Positions 1 to 9,246 of a stretch of DNA of 64,000 bases are shown here, piece after piece. Within the stretch, counting starts at the first letter, position 1; each line of letters begins with the position of its first letter. The position numbers and the translations under genes are program-made. Source of the DNA: a virus (taxonomy: Duplodnaviria; Heunggongvirae; Uroviricota; Caudoviricetes); IMG/VR virus record IMGVR_UViG_3300042906_000857, positions 67,297 to 131,296 of that record; one strand, given 5' to 3'. The notes below the pieces were generated by a model, which was given only the letters and a program-made list of their open reading frames with translations, was not told where the DNA came from and did not search any database.

Positions 1-589
1 GTGTATCATGCATCAATTCTTTTGTATGACTATCTGAAACATGAGATGGAACGCCTTGTTTGAACTTTCCTATGTCTTTATTCTTGGCATGTTCACGCAT
101 CTTAGTGCCTGACATACCTGTTGTACCTTCTGCATCCGGATCACGGTGTCCAGCAGAATGTACATTAATCTTTTTGAAATTGTACAATGAAGTTTTGTGT
201 GTACCATTATAGGCGTGCAACTTCTTCTTCATTTCATCAGTACGGTCAGAACCAACTACCATGTGCAGGTGAGTTACACCTTTCTTGTGTAGTTCTGCTG
301 CGTGATGTAAGAATGTTGGATGATCTTTGGATGAAGCATGGAAGTTTGTTCCTGGAGAGTATCTTTTCAGATGCTTAACCTTCTGTACAGCTGATAAAGG
401 ATTCTTCTTGCTGTCTTGTGAATGTGATGTAACAACAGAATGAGTTGCATTGTGTTTCTTTGCAATCTCTTTTACTTTATCAATCAACTTCAAGTGACCT
501 GTTGTAGGCGGATTCATCCGGCCAAACGTCATCACATGATGGTGTTCACTTTGTTTCTGTTCTTCAACTAACTCTAAAAATGATTTCAT
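1..589 (-). CDS. HxGH-type (cytidylyltransferase-like) nucleotidyltransferase, partial, runs off left edge
   Basis: Not in ORF track. ATG at 589-587 overlaps upstream stop (ATGA). Reads MKSFLELVEEQKQSEHHHVMTFGRMNPPTTGHLKLIDKV...VVGSDR; the FGRMNPPTxGH motif is typical of T4-like phage cytidyltransferases. Confidence 0.8.
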   Translation of the reverse strand, partial: MKSFLELVEEQKQSEHHHVMTFGRMNPPTTGHLKLIDKVKEIAKKHNATHSVVTSHSQDSKKNPLSAVQKVKHLKRYSPGTNFHASSKDHPTFLHHAAELHKKGVTHLHMVVGSDRTDEMKKKLHAYNGTHKTSLYNFKKINVHSAGHRDPDAEGTTGMSGTKMREHAKNKDIGKFKQGVPSHVSDSHTKELMHDT

Positions 590-1779
590 TTACGTACTTT
601 TAACAAATTCTGTTTAGCAAATTCTGCACGGTTAACCAATTTTGTTGGTTGATTATCGTGGTGTACAACGAAACCTTCTGGTTTAGATTTCTTACCTTCA
701 ATGTGGTGTTGGTAACGTCCTTCGTGTGTTTCCAAAGAATTTACCAAAGCATTTTTGGCTTGATGTAAGTGGTGGTGCATACTAAACAAATTACCATAAT
801 GTGCTTTGTGTTTATCCACATGAGCAATTTGTGACTTACCTTCACCAGTCTTTTCAGCCTTTGACTTTTCAGTTTTCACTTTAGCTGCTTGCTTTTCATG
901 TTCATTACTCAAGTGATCTTTGAAACCTTTAACAGAAGGCACTTCATCATGTCTAACTGTTTTGTTAATGTATGTAGATAGATGACCAGTTTCTCCACCG
1001 TGTTTGTGGTGAACTGCATCATACATTTTGTGGCCATGTGTATCGTGGATATCTTTGGCTGCAGCCATGTGTTTTTGGAAAGTGTGTTCATTCTCAGGTG
1101 AATGTTTAACTTTGCTGGTGTCATGTTCCGCACCGTGCAGGTGAACATCAGAATGTTGTTTGAAATTGTGGTGGTCAACATGAGGTGAAGCACTTTTCAT
1201 GTCATCACTGTATTTTTGATGAACCACAATACCAACTTTTGACTTTTTAACCTTATCGGCATCTTCTTTACTCTTAGGAGTATAAGTGATTGTGTTTGGT
1301 GTAAAAGACACTTTACTGTCTTTGGCTTCAACAATAAATTCTTCATGTAGGTTTTTAGTGTCTGCATGGTGCATCAAGTCACCTTGGTAAACACCATGTT
1401 TTGGTGATACTTTCGGTAGATGTTTGAGTGCATGTTTAAGTGTTTTTGCAAGACCAGGTGCGTGTCCGTGGTTCTTGTCAATGTCTGCTTCCGTGTGATT
1501 AATCTTAGGATTCTTGTTGAATGCCGACTTAGTTGCAACAAAGAACTTACCATTTTTTGGATGATGGCCAAAGACTAAAGATGGAGAACCATCATACTTC
1601 ATTGTTAGGTCACTGGTATTTGCACCGGCTTTCATGTGACCATGAGCCTTCATTAGTGCTGCATGAGCGTGTTCGAAACCAGCGTGGCCGTGCATCAAAG
1701 GACGATCCTCTGCATGATGAATATGCTTGAGTTCGGCGCCTTCGGCTTCTTCCTTTAGAAAGGATTGGAATGTTAACAT
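586..1779 (-). CDS. His-rich conserved T4-like phage protein with ligase/covalent nucleotidyltransferase-like motifs
   Basis: 397 aa; KYDG, YQGDLM, EGFVV, TKLVN appear in ligase motif order. Confidence 0.6.
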   Translation of the reverse strand: MLTFQSFLKEEAEGAELKHIHHAEDRPLMHGHAGFEHAHAALMKAHGHMKAGANTSDLTMKYDGSPSLVFGHHPKNGKFFVATKSAFNKNPKINHTEADIDKNHGHAPGLAKTLKHALKHLPKVSPKHGVYQGDLMHHADTKNLHEEFIVEAKDSKVSFTPNTITYTPKSKEDADKVKKSKVGIVVHQKYSDDMKSASPHVDHHNFKQHSDVHLHGAEHDTSKVKHSPENEHTFQKHMAAAKDIHDTHGHKMYDAVHHKHGGETGHLSTYINKTVRHDEVPSVKGFKDHLSNEHEKQAAKVKTEKSKAEKTGEGKSQIAHVDKHKAHYGNLFSMHHHLHQAKNALVNSLETHEGRYQHHIEGKKSKPEGFVVHHDNQPTKLVNRAEFAKQNLLKVRK

Positions 1780-1825
1780 GTATTATACCTCTTGAAATGC
1801 AACACACTTTGGTTGCCTGTAGGTT

Positions 1826-1866
1826 TATTTATAACGGATTATATCACAGACCAACAAAATTGTCAA
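1826..1866 (-). promoter_or_regulatory. Tandem sigma70-type promoter (TTGACA-17-TATAAT) and T4 late promoter (TATAAATA)
   Basis: -35 at 1866-1861, -10 at 1843-1838, TATAAATA at 1833-1826. Confidence 0.75.
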
Positions 1867-1889
1867 TTGTTCGGTCCAATATATAGTAC

Positions 1890-2588
1890 TCAATAATGTT
1901 CGATTTCACCGTTTCCGGCCAGCCAACCCCAACATTTTATGGTATCAAACTCGGTCAGATACTCTTTTGGTATGTTTTTGAAGTGAGCATGTTCAGTATC
2001 CAAACCAGTATCACAATCCGCCAGATTCTTGTGGATTACTCCCAAGTATGTATCAATTAATGACGGACAGAAGGAAAACATTCTAGTAATTAATAAATCA
2101 GTAGCATCATCCCTAATTGGTGTCATCCAGGTTGGGATTCTTTTCTTAAATACAAATTTACCAAAAAGATTATCATATTCAGTAATATCAAAAGAATCTT
2201 CAAGTTCAGACCTTGCAGAAAACTTGAATATACGTTTCACATCACTTAACATCTTGGTGATTCGTGGTTCGTATTTCATGGCTGATAATGTATTGAATAG
2301 TAATAGATTTTCTGCATGACTTTTCATACCATTTTCTGAACACCGTTTTACATTTGGTTCACCACTCATATCAATATACAAATTGACCATGCCAGTAATT
2401 GTTTCTCGTTCCAATTCACTAATTGGTCTAACAGAAACGTCAGAGAATATAATCATCACATTGGGTACTTTTTGTCTGATTGATTTTAAGCTTGCAATTG
2501 TTTGTGCAAACCTATCATCATCAGTGAAAGCACCAATTGCAGGTTTAAGTGCAGAAGTAACAATAAAAAGGTTTGTATTTGGTATCAT
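1890..2588 (-). CDS. Hypothetical protein, possibly glycosyltransferase-like
   Basis: 232 aa ORF within the glyco cluster; no decisive motif. Confidence 0.45.
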   Translation of the reverse strand: MIPNTNLFIVTSALKPAIGAFTDDDRFAQTIASLKSIRQKVPNVMIIFSDVSVRPISELERETITGMVNLYIDMSGEPNVKRCSENGMKSHAENLLLFNTLSAMKYEPRITKMLSDVKRIFKFSARSELEDSFDITEYDNLFGKFVFKKRIPTWMTPIRDDATDLLITRMFSFCPSLIDTYLGVIHKNLADCDTGLDTEHAHFKNIPKEYLTEFDTIKCWGWLAGNGEIEHY

Positions 2589-3622
2589 AAGTATCGGTCC
2601 AAGGTATCGTCATCACGGAAAATATTAATTGCTTCAGCTCTAGGATAAGGGTTTGCATTATTAAAATCATTAATCAATATGCGTCTAGAGTTCTGTAATC
2701 CAGAAATTAATTCAAAACTCTTGAATCCTAAACCATATAATATGTCTCTTGTTTTAGAATTATATCCATTCTCTCTGGATGTTGTGAATACAAATTGAGC
2801 ACCTTTGTCTTGTAATGCCAACAATTTTGCCACATTCTTTTTGAGTGGTACTGGTTCTTTATCGTAAGATTTAACTCCAACTCGGCTTTGTGCTTCAATA
2901 ATTGTACCATCAATATCACAAAAAACGACTGGTTTATCATTGTACTCAAACCAATCTTGTGCAGTACCCACATCAATATAATCTATAACTTGTTTCTCGT
3001 TGAAAATTTGTAAGTCACTTATACACATTCCAATTATATCAGATACAAACACTTCACGTTTACTTGTAATACGTTTAAATGCTGATTTATACATCAGTGC
3101 AGAAGAAAACTTATAACCACCAACGCAGAATGTATCAGATACAACTTCTTTCTCAACTATGTCGGTTATAATACCTTGATTGTTAGAAACTGTAAAACTT
3201 TTGGAAGATAACTTCTTCAATACTTCATGTTGAGATATCTTTGATACACATACGTAGTTACCAGATTCAATTTCATGTTCAAAGAAACTATCACAGTCTT
3301 TGATAAAGATTTCTTCACTGAATAGGCCAAGTTTTTCGATTATCTGATATACGGTGTCAGCGGGACCTTTAGTTGGTTCATCCAACACCACAACATTAAC
3401 TGAATCACCAAATTCATGTTTCAGAAATTCTATTGCATTGTATTTCTCATCATGCTCTTTGAGAATACCAATAGTAATGGGTAGATTCAACCTCAAAAAA
3501 GGTTTGATGGCATTGGCCAGCATGAGTTCATGTTTATAATCATACAACAGGTATTTCGGTTTCATATCCGGAAACCTTGTTGATAATCCTGCTGCAGGTA
3601 CAATTACGTGCATTTTAACCAT
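2585..3622 (-). CDS. NTP-transferase (nucleotidyltransferase) fused to HAD phosphatase
   Basis: N-terminal VIVPAAGLSTRF...KPKYLL; C-terminal FCDIDGTI HAD motif. Confidence 0.75.
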   Translation of the reverse strand: MVKMHVIVPAAGLSTRFPDMKPKYLLYDYKHELMLANAIKPFLRLNLPITIGILKEHDEKYNAIEFLKHEFGDSVNVVVLDEPTKGPADTVYQIIEKLGLFSEEIFIKDCDSFFEHEIESGNYVCVSKISQHEVLKKLSSKSFTVSNNQGIITDIVEKEVVSDTFCVGGYKFSSALMYKSAFKRITSKREVFVSDIIGMCISDLQIFNEKQVIDYIDVGTAQDWFEYNDKPVVFCDIDGTIIEAQSRVGVKSYDKEPVPLKKNVAKLLALQDKGAQFVFTTSRENGYNSKTRDILYGLGFKSFELISGLQNSRRILINDFNNANPYPRAEAINIFRDDDTLDRYL

Positions 3623-4356
3623 AGTCTGTTAATCTCTTTCATAATGAAATTATAATTTGCATCACCCTTAGTAGTATGTAGATACACTCTTAATAACATT
3701 AATATTAAAAGTGAATCATCAAATGCATTTGGGTATAATTCTTTTAAATTGTCCTGGATGTTTTGTAGTTTGGTGTCTAAGCGAACACCTTCATTGCGTA
3801 AGAACCACTTGCATTCCAAGTCCTGGCGCATCTTGGATATATCAAAAACGTATGAATCATATTCAACAGTCACAGGATCAATCATATTGAATCCGGTATC
3901 GGTATAAAGTATATTCTCCAAAGTCATATCACCATGATACATCGAACATGGTAAAATCTTAGGCAATCTATCAATCAGTTCTTCTTTAGTGAATGGTAAA
4001 CCACTGTCAGGTTCCAGCCAACTCAATTTACGTAAATATATATCCGTGTAATCTTTATCCTTAGAATGTTTATAGAAGGATGTGATTGTCTTGTTTATAA
4101 AATCGACAAGTGAATGTATTCCATTATGAATCAGATAAGTTTTCATATCCAGTCCATGAATATATTCCATGTCTAAACAATTATCTTGCCAATTATATAT
4201 TTTTGGAACAGGATAACCAGCAGCATAAAGTGCAGTTAATCTTTCAACATTTCTTTCAACGTTGTTAACTTTCCTTACAAACAATCCACGTTTATCTTCC
4301 AATAAATGGATTGTGCTGCCGGAATGTCCAGTAAGTTCCTTTACGACTTTGACCAT
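3604..4356 (-). CDS. APH/choline-kinase-like phosphotransferase
   Basis: GHSGS P-loop-like segment, HGDMTLENIL catalytic loop, IDP. Confidence 0.75.
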   Translation of the reverse strand: MVKVVKELTGHSGSTIHLLEDKRGLFVRKVNNVERNVERLTALYAAGYPVPKIYNWQDNCLDMEYIHGLDMKTYLIHNGIHSLVDFINKTITSFYKHSKDKDYTDIYLRKLSWLEPDSGLPFTKEELIDRLPKILPCSMYHGDMTLENILYTDTGFNMIDPVTVEYDSYVFDISKMRQDLECKWFLRNEGVRLDTKLQNIQDNLKELYPNAFDDSLLILMLLRVYLHTTKGDANYNFIMKEINRLWLKCT

Positions 4357-5018
4357 TTTTCATAATCATCACGAATCAATGAATGCCATGTTCCATTGTG
4401 AGCACCTGGTGGAAATGGATTATTCATATTAACGTACACCAAGTTTTCACCGTGTAGGTTGTGTTCGTGTAAATTGGCTCTCATTAAATCTTCACCAATG
4501 AATTGATTTCCTGCATCATAGTATTTGTCTATATTCTCATATGTGGACATATACTTATTCATTGTTTCCTGTGAACCAAAAGCAAACTGGTCATTGCCAA
4601 AGTCACGTTCAGGCACCATACGACAATTGGGTATATACAACTTTGTGTTATCTAATGTTTCGAATGGTATAAACCTGTTCAAAGCATAATCTGTGCGAGT
4701 TCTAATCACCCAATCATAATCACTAAAAATAAGTTTGTTGCATTGATACATCGAATAGAACATTCTATACGTGAACCTTGGTGGATACTTTTCCGCATTT
4801 GGTGTATTGGTGTAATGTTTATCGAAATCACCCAATGGTGGAACTTCAAAAGCATAGCCAACAGGTTTGTATAACTCAAGAAGTTTGCGTTCTTCTTCGT
4901 ATTTCCAGCTGTGAATATACACATCTACGTCATAGTGATCTAGTAGATTACGTTTGTAGTATTCAAAACCTTCAGCAAATGACCTACATTGGCCAGAAAA
5001 ACATAATGCAATTTTCAT
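4341..5018 (-). CDS. Putative glycosyltransferase-like protein (paralog A)
   Basis: MKIALCFSGQCRSF...IRTRTD...NDQFAFG pattern; similar to the next gene. Confidence 0.5.
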   Translation of the reverse strand: MKIALCFSGQCRSFAEGFEYYKRNLLDHYDVDVYIHSWKYEEERKLLELYKPVGYAFEVPPLGDFDKHYTNTPNAEKYPPRFTYRMFYSMYQCNKLIFSDYDWVIRTRTDYALNRFIPFETLDNTKLYIPNCRMVPERDFGNDQFAFGSQETMNKYMSTYENIDKYYDAGNQFIGEDLMRANLHEHNLHGENLVYVNMNNPFPPGAHNGTWHSLIRDDYEKWSKS

Positions 5019-5722
5019 CTGTGTATACTCACTGGAATGTCATCAATCGAAAACGCAACCTTGTTCATTACCAAATTTCTTAGTAACATCATGTGTGGAC
5101 AGTATCTTTGTTCCATATGAATCTTTATATCACCTTCTGGATATTTCTTTTCGTTTCTCAACCACTCAACAAATTCAGGTTCAAATTGTGTTGAATGTAA
5201 TTTCTCGTAATTGTCATAAATGAAATAGTGTTTTGCATCTTTATGTGGCATGATTGCAAAGATATCAGATACAAGATTATAAGATTCGTTGAATGGTGTA
5301 ACCAAATGAGGTACATCCATACAACCAAAGGTTTCAATATCTAAATCGTAACGACAGTAAACTATCGTGTCATAATCTTCATCAATCAAATCAAATGCCC
5401 GTTTACGGCTATAATTCATTGCTGCGTTCTGTGCAATCTTATCAATAGATAAAGGTTTACGATTTGCAAACAGAATACGTTTTTCTAAAGGAAGAAATTG
5501 TGTGATATTTTGTTTCTGTTGAATTATCTTTACAGGACTGAGTTTATCACTTATTGAAAAGTATTGTCGTTCAGTTTCCTTTTCACTAACATCTTCCCAT
5601 AGGTGGCAATAAACATCTAATTGATTGTAGTCAATAAAAGATTTAATTTTCTCCCAAGTCTTATCAAAGGACCTGTATTGACCAGATAATACTATTGCGC
5701 CCCTCATTTGATCCAGTACCAA
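5015..5722 (-). CDS. Putative glycosyltransferase-like protein (paralog B)
   Basis: AIVLSGQYRSF...VYCRYD...SDIFAI, same pattern as 4341-5018. Confidence 0.5.
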   Translation of the reverse strand: MVLDQMRGAIVLSGQYRSFDKTWEKIKSFIDYNQLDVYCHLWEDVSEKETERQYFSISDKLSPVKIIQQKQNITQFLPLEKRILFANRKPLSIDKIAQNAAMNYSRKRAFDLIDEDYDTIVYCRYDLDIETFGCMDVPHLVTPFNESYNLVSDIFAIMPHKDAKHYFIYDNYEKLHSTQFEPEFVEWLRNEKKYPEGDIKIHMEQRYCPHMMLLRNLVMNKVAFSIDDIPVSIHR

Positions 5723-6273
5723 ACATCAGATTCGGTTGTAAGAATTTCCTTACCGACAGATAAAGCAAATTCTTTGGCTGCACGGTTCACACCCTCAATA
5801 GCAGTAAAATCGTGGCCCGCAAATATACCACCTGGTTTAACTAGATGATAAAAGTTTGCACAATCTTTAGTCAATTGTTCGTAAGTGTGCAATCCATCAA
5901 TGAACACTACATCAAAATCTGGAAGTGCTGATGTGACTGCTGCGTCATCGGAATATTTACGAATCAAATTAAATCTATTTGAATAACCTTTAAGTCGATT
6001 CATAAATCTTTCATAAACGGCTTCACGTTCATTTAGATTGTTGCCATTCCAGTCAACATAATTCTCATAAGGATCAACACCAATCAGATAACATTCAGGA
6101 TTACTGTCCAATAAAAATTGTGTAGTATCTCCAATGTCACAACCAATTTCTAAAACTGAAGGTTTGGTGATTTGTGCAATCATGGCACCAAGGCCATAAC
6201 CAGAACATTTAAAGTTTGGTGTTGGTCTTGTATAAAGTTGTGTTTCAGTATTGAATGTAATAGTATCGTTCAT
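5704..6273 (-). CDS. Class I SAM-dependent methyltransferase (Methyltransf_24-like)
   Basis: VLEIGC, GVDPY, VFIDGLHTYE, GGIFAGHD. Confidence 0.85.
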   Translation of the reverse strand: MNDTITFNTETQLYTRPTPNFKCSGYGLGAMIAQITKPSVLEIGCDIGDTTQFLLDSNPECYLIGVDPYENYVDWNGNNLNEREAVYERFMNRLKGYSNRFNLIRKYSDDAAVTSALPDFDVVFIDGLHTYEQLTKDCANFYHLVKPGGIFAGHDFTAIEGVNRAAKEFALSVGKEILTTESDVWYWIK

Positions 6274-7133
6274 TATGCAGTCCTGTAAGTAAAAAATGAA
6301 TTTGGATCCTCTTGGCCAAATTTCTCAATAACCAATTCTTTCCATTTTGGTACTCTATCGTATTGGTGAACAATGCAGTGTGGAACATGGTTCCAATTTG
6401 TTATCAAACCAGTTTCGTAATTAAGTAGTGGTTGTGCTTCTGTTAAGAGTGGTCCGAAATGTTCCATTTTGTATGGATCACCAGTAGTACCAAGTTGTAC
6501 AGCCCAGCCATCATTTTGTGTTGTGAACAGGAATGCATCTTTATATGGTTGTGTATTAATTAACACATTATAGACCGCCTGGTCAACGATAGGAATTGGC
6601 CGGTTCGTTGCATTAGTGAAGATATTGAAACACATATCTCTAACGTAGTCGGATTGACCACCGAACGTTCCAACGTTGTATATTAGATTGTCTTTGAATC
6701 GATTATAAACATCTGGTCCATAAGTCTGCATCAGATTTTGATTGCCCCACGGTTCATCTTTGTAATACATAGACTCCGAACCAGCAACCAGTTTCTTATC
6801 ACCCAAGGTCACAGCAATCCAATGGCATGGGTCTTTTTGGAAATAAACATCTTTTACATCCGTAGTCACAACAATATCATAGTCTTGCCAGTTGTGAAAT
6901 AGGAAGTCATAGATAGCCCAAAATCTTGCTACGTGAATTGGTGCATTGATTTTTGGCATGTCGTATAGTTTAAAACCACACTTAATCAATTCTTCTCGTG
7001 TTTCGGTGCTTGCATCACCAACAACCATCACCTTGTCACCTTTGAATCCACAACTATCTATGGAAAGTACCCAAGGTTTTAATTGATTGAAATTGTATCC
7101 AGTAAACGCACCTATAATTAAATTTTTCGCCAT
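6273..7133 (-). CDS. Putative GT-A glycosyltransferase
   Basis: TTDVKDVYFQ DxD-like motif, NVGTFGG, DQAVYN. Confidence 0.55.
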   Translation of the reverse strand: MAKNLIIGAFTGYNFNQLKPWVLSIDSCGFKGDKVMVVGDASTETREELIKCGFKLYDMPKINAPIHVARFWAIYDFLFHNWQDYDIVVTTDVKDVYFQKDPCHWIAVTLGDKKLVAGSESMYYKDEPWGNQNLMQTYGPDVYNRFKDNLIYNVGTFGGQSDYVRDMCFNIFTNATNRPIPIVDQAVYNVLINTQPYKDAFLFTTQNDGWAVQLGTTGDPYKMEHFGPLLTEAQPLLNYETGLITNWNHVPHCIVHQYDRVPKWKELVIEKFGQEDPNSFFTYRTA

Positions 7134-7834
7134 GGGAATTCTCCATTATATTTTTCATTCATAATCTTGTTACCGTTAATAAAAAACTCTGCATTGACGG
7201 AACCAGGATTGCCGTCAACACGATATTGTACTGTGTAATTACCTGTGCAATCAAACTTTGGAAAGTGTTGGGCAATCGTTGATAGAAATACTCTATCTTG
7301 ACCCCAGCCACCATGCCATACAGATGCTAATTTTATCGCAATTTCAGTTTTAATGCAATAGTTATTTGTATCAATATGATTAATGCCATGATAAGATTGC
7401 CATTTGCCTAAAGATTCACAATCATCTTTACACACGAATTCACCATCTTTGTTCGTAATGTTCCGTAAGGAATAAGACCAATCTAGATTTTTTTCTTCTA
7501 TGGTTTTGGTACAGTACTCTACGTGGTGCGGATCAAACCAACAATCTTGGTCGAGATATAGAATATACTCTGTGTTGATTAGATGTGTAAATGCAGCATA
7601 GATTCTATGGCCATAAAATCCATTGGCACCAACGTTGATGGGTATTGTGCAAAATTTAAACTTTGGATTGTCCATCCATTTGTTTGAGACTGCCATTGCA
7701 GCAATCTTATCATAATGTTCTGTGCCATCACATACAACATAACATTGTGTATCAATTGTCTGATTCAATACAGACTCAATAGCATTCCGTACCTCAGGCG
7801 CACCCGTGGTCGGTATAATCACCGTAGCTTTCAT
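7118..7834 (-). CDS. Glycosyltransferase family 2
   Basis: TVIIPT...AIESVLNQT, VVCDG, YLDQD. Confidence 0.85.
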   Translation of the reverse strand: MKATVIIPTTGAPEVRNAIESVLNQTIDTQCYVVCDGTEHYDKIAAMAVSNKWMDNPKFKFCTIPINVGANGFYGHRIYAAFTHLINTEYILYLDQDCWFDPHHVEYCTKTIEEKNLDWSYSLRNITNKDGEFVCKDDCESLGKWQSYHGINHIDTNNYCIKTEIAIKLASVWHGGWGQDRVFLSTIAQHFPKFDCTGNYTVQYRVDGNPGSVNAEFFINGNKIMNEKYNGEFPWRKI

Positions 7835-7836
7835 AA

Positions 7837-8160
7837 TTAACCTCTTGTCAATTTCAATATTTGTTCAATTTGTTTTTCAATTGCTGGTTTACGATTAGGC
7901 CAGAAGATATATTCTTTATCACCTGTACTATGTAGTTTCTTTAGGAAAGGAATAATCAGTTTCTCAACTTCAGCCAGTCGAGTTTCAGTTTCAGTCAGTG
8001 TAGTTTTATAAGTTTCAACTGTCTGTACACTTTCTCGAATAGCGGAATTGTATTCATGTTCTGAGACTGCTGAAAATCCAAAATCATTTTCTGAATCTTC
8101 ATAATCTTTTAAAATTTTATCAAAGTCTTTTAGTGCCATTTTATTTGTAAGAGAAGTCAC
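7837..8160 (-). CDS. Conserved hypothetical phage protein
   Basis: 107 aa, coiled-coil middle, operonic spacing. Confidence 0.55.
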   Translation of the reverse strand: MTSLTNKMALKDFDKILKDYEDSENDFGFSAVSEHEYNSAIRESVQTVETYKTTLTETETRLAEVEKLIIPFLKKLHSTGDKEYIFWPNRKPAIEKQIEQILKLTRG

Positions 8161-9223
8161 ACATTATACGAGTTGGATAACCATCACCACCTTGCGTATC
8201 ACGAATGTTTAGTTTTAGAATATATTTCTTTGTTTCAATTTCCATATCTATGCGTTTACCTGAACCACTTTTTCCGCCGTAGTAAACCATACATGATGAT
8301 GGTGTGGCTGCATCTTCCATATAATTTTTATCTATCTCTGTGGATTTAATCTCACTACTTAATTTATGTACAACATGATAACCGTGGCCGATGCCAGATA
8401 TCAGAAACTTTTTCAGTGAATTTCTTTGTTTAGAATTCATTGTTTTCCAAACATCTTCAACCAATGGTTTTTTTAGATTGCCATTGTATATGTCACAAAA
8501 TAATGCGGGAGTTATATTAAACATCTTTAATAGTTTTAATCCATCCGCATTTTTAATCACACCACTTTTTATTTCTGTTGGTGACAGAACAGTTTTAATA
8601 CCCACATTAAAAAATGTGACGGTTGTACCCAATTTCAAACTCAAATAAACAATATTCTTTTTACCATCAGTTAACGTAAGGTCTGTAACAATCGGCCCTA
8701 AATTGTTATCACTAACTGGAATCTGTGATGAAATCAAAACGTCAGGAGAAAAAACTAAAGGCCGTCTATTGTTTAATTCTCCGACTTCTTTAATATCCAA
8801 ACTTTTCCATTTTCTGAGTTTGTAAGTTTCTGATATATCTTCTATGGCCTTACGAGATTTTTCATCAGTAACAGGTTCACCGTTCCACCATTGACGTATA
8901 TCATTTGCAAAAATGCCTTCAAAAGCATTACCTTTGTTGGCAACACCACGGCCACCTGATGAACCATTGCCAAACTTCATTGACACTTTTGTTGCTTTGG
9001 CTTTGGTTTTGATATCTTTAAGTTCTATATCTCCTTGGAGACTTCGACTTATGTTTATGCCTGCTAATTTTGCAGGATCAATATTGATTGGACTATCAAC
9101 TTTAGGAAATTTAGATTTGACATAGGCAAAAATAGCAATAATCTCATCAACCTTACTTTTGTCACCAGTTTTTAAGGTGGTCTTTATTTCTACGGCTGAT
9201 GTTGGAAAAAATGTATATGCCAT
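8141..9223 (-). CDS. Putative PD-(D/E)xK nuclease
   Basis: GNAFE...VTDLTL...YLSLK catalytic-like arrangement. Confidence 0.45.
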   Translation of the reverse strand: MAYTFFPTSAVEIKTTLKTGDKSKVDEIIAIFAYVKSKFPKVDSPINIDPAKLAGINISRSLQGDIELKDIKTKAKATKVSMKFGNGSSGGRGVANKGNAFEGIFANDIRQWWNGEPVTDEKSRKAIEDISETYKLRKWKSLDIKEVGELNNRRPLVFSPDVLISSQIPVSDNNLGPIVTDLTLTDGKKNIVYLSLKLGTTVTFFNVGIKTVLSPTEIKSGVIKNADGLKLLKMFNITPALFCDIYNGNLKKPLVEDVWKTMNSKQRNSLKKFLISGIGHGYHVVHKLSSEIKSTEIDKNYMEDAATPSSCMVYYGGKSGSGKRIDMEIETKKYILKLNIRDTQGGDGYPTRIMCDFSYK

Positions 9224-9246
9224 TTGTAGTGTTCAAATAGAAGTAT

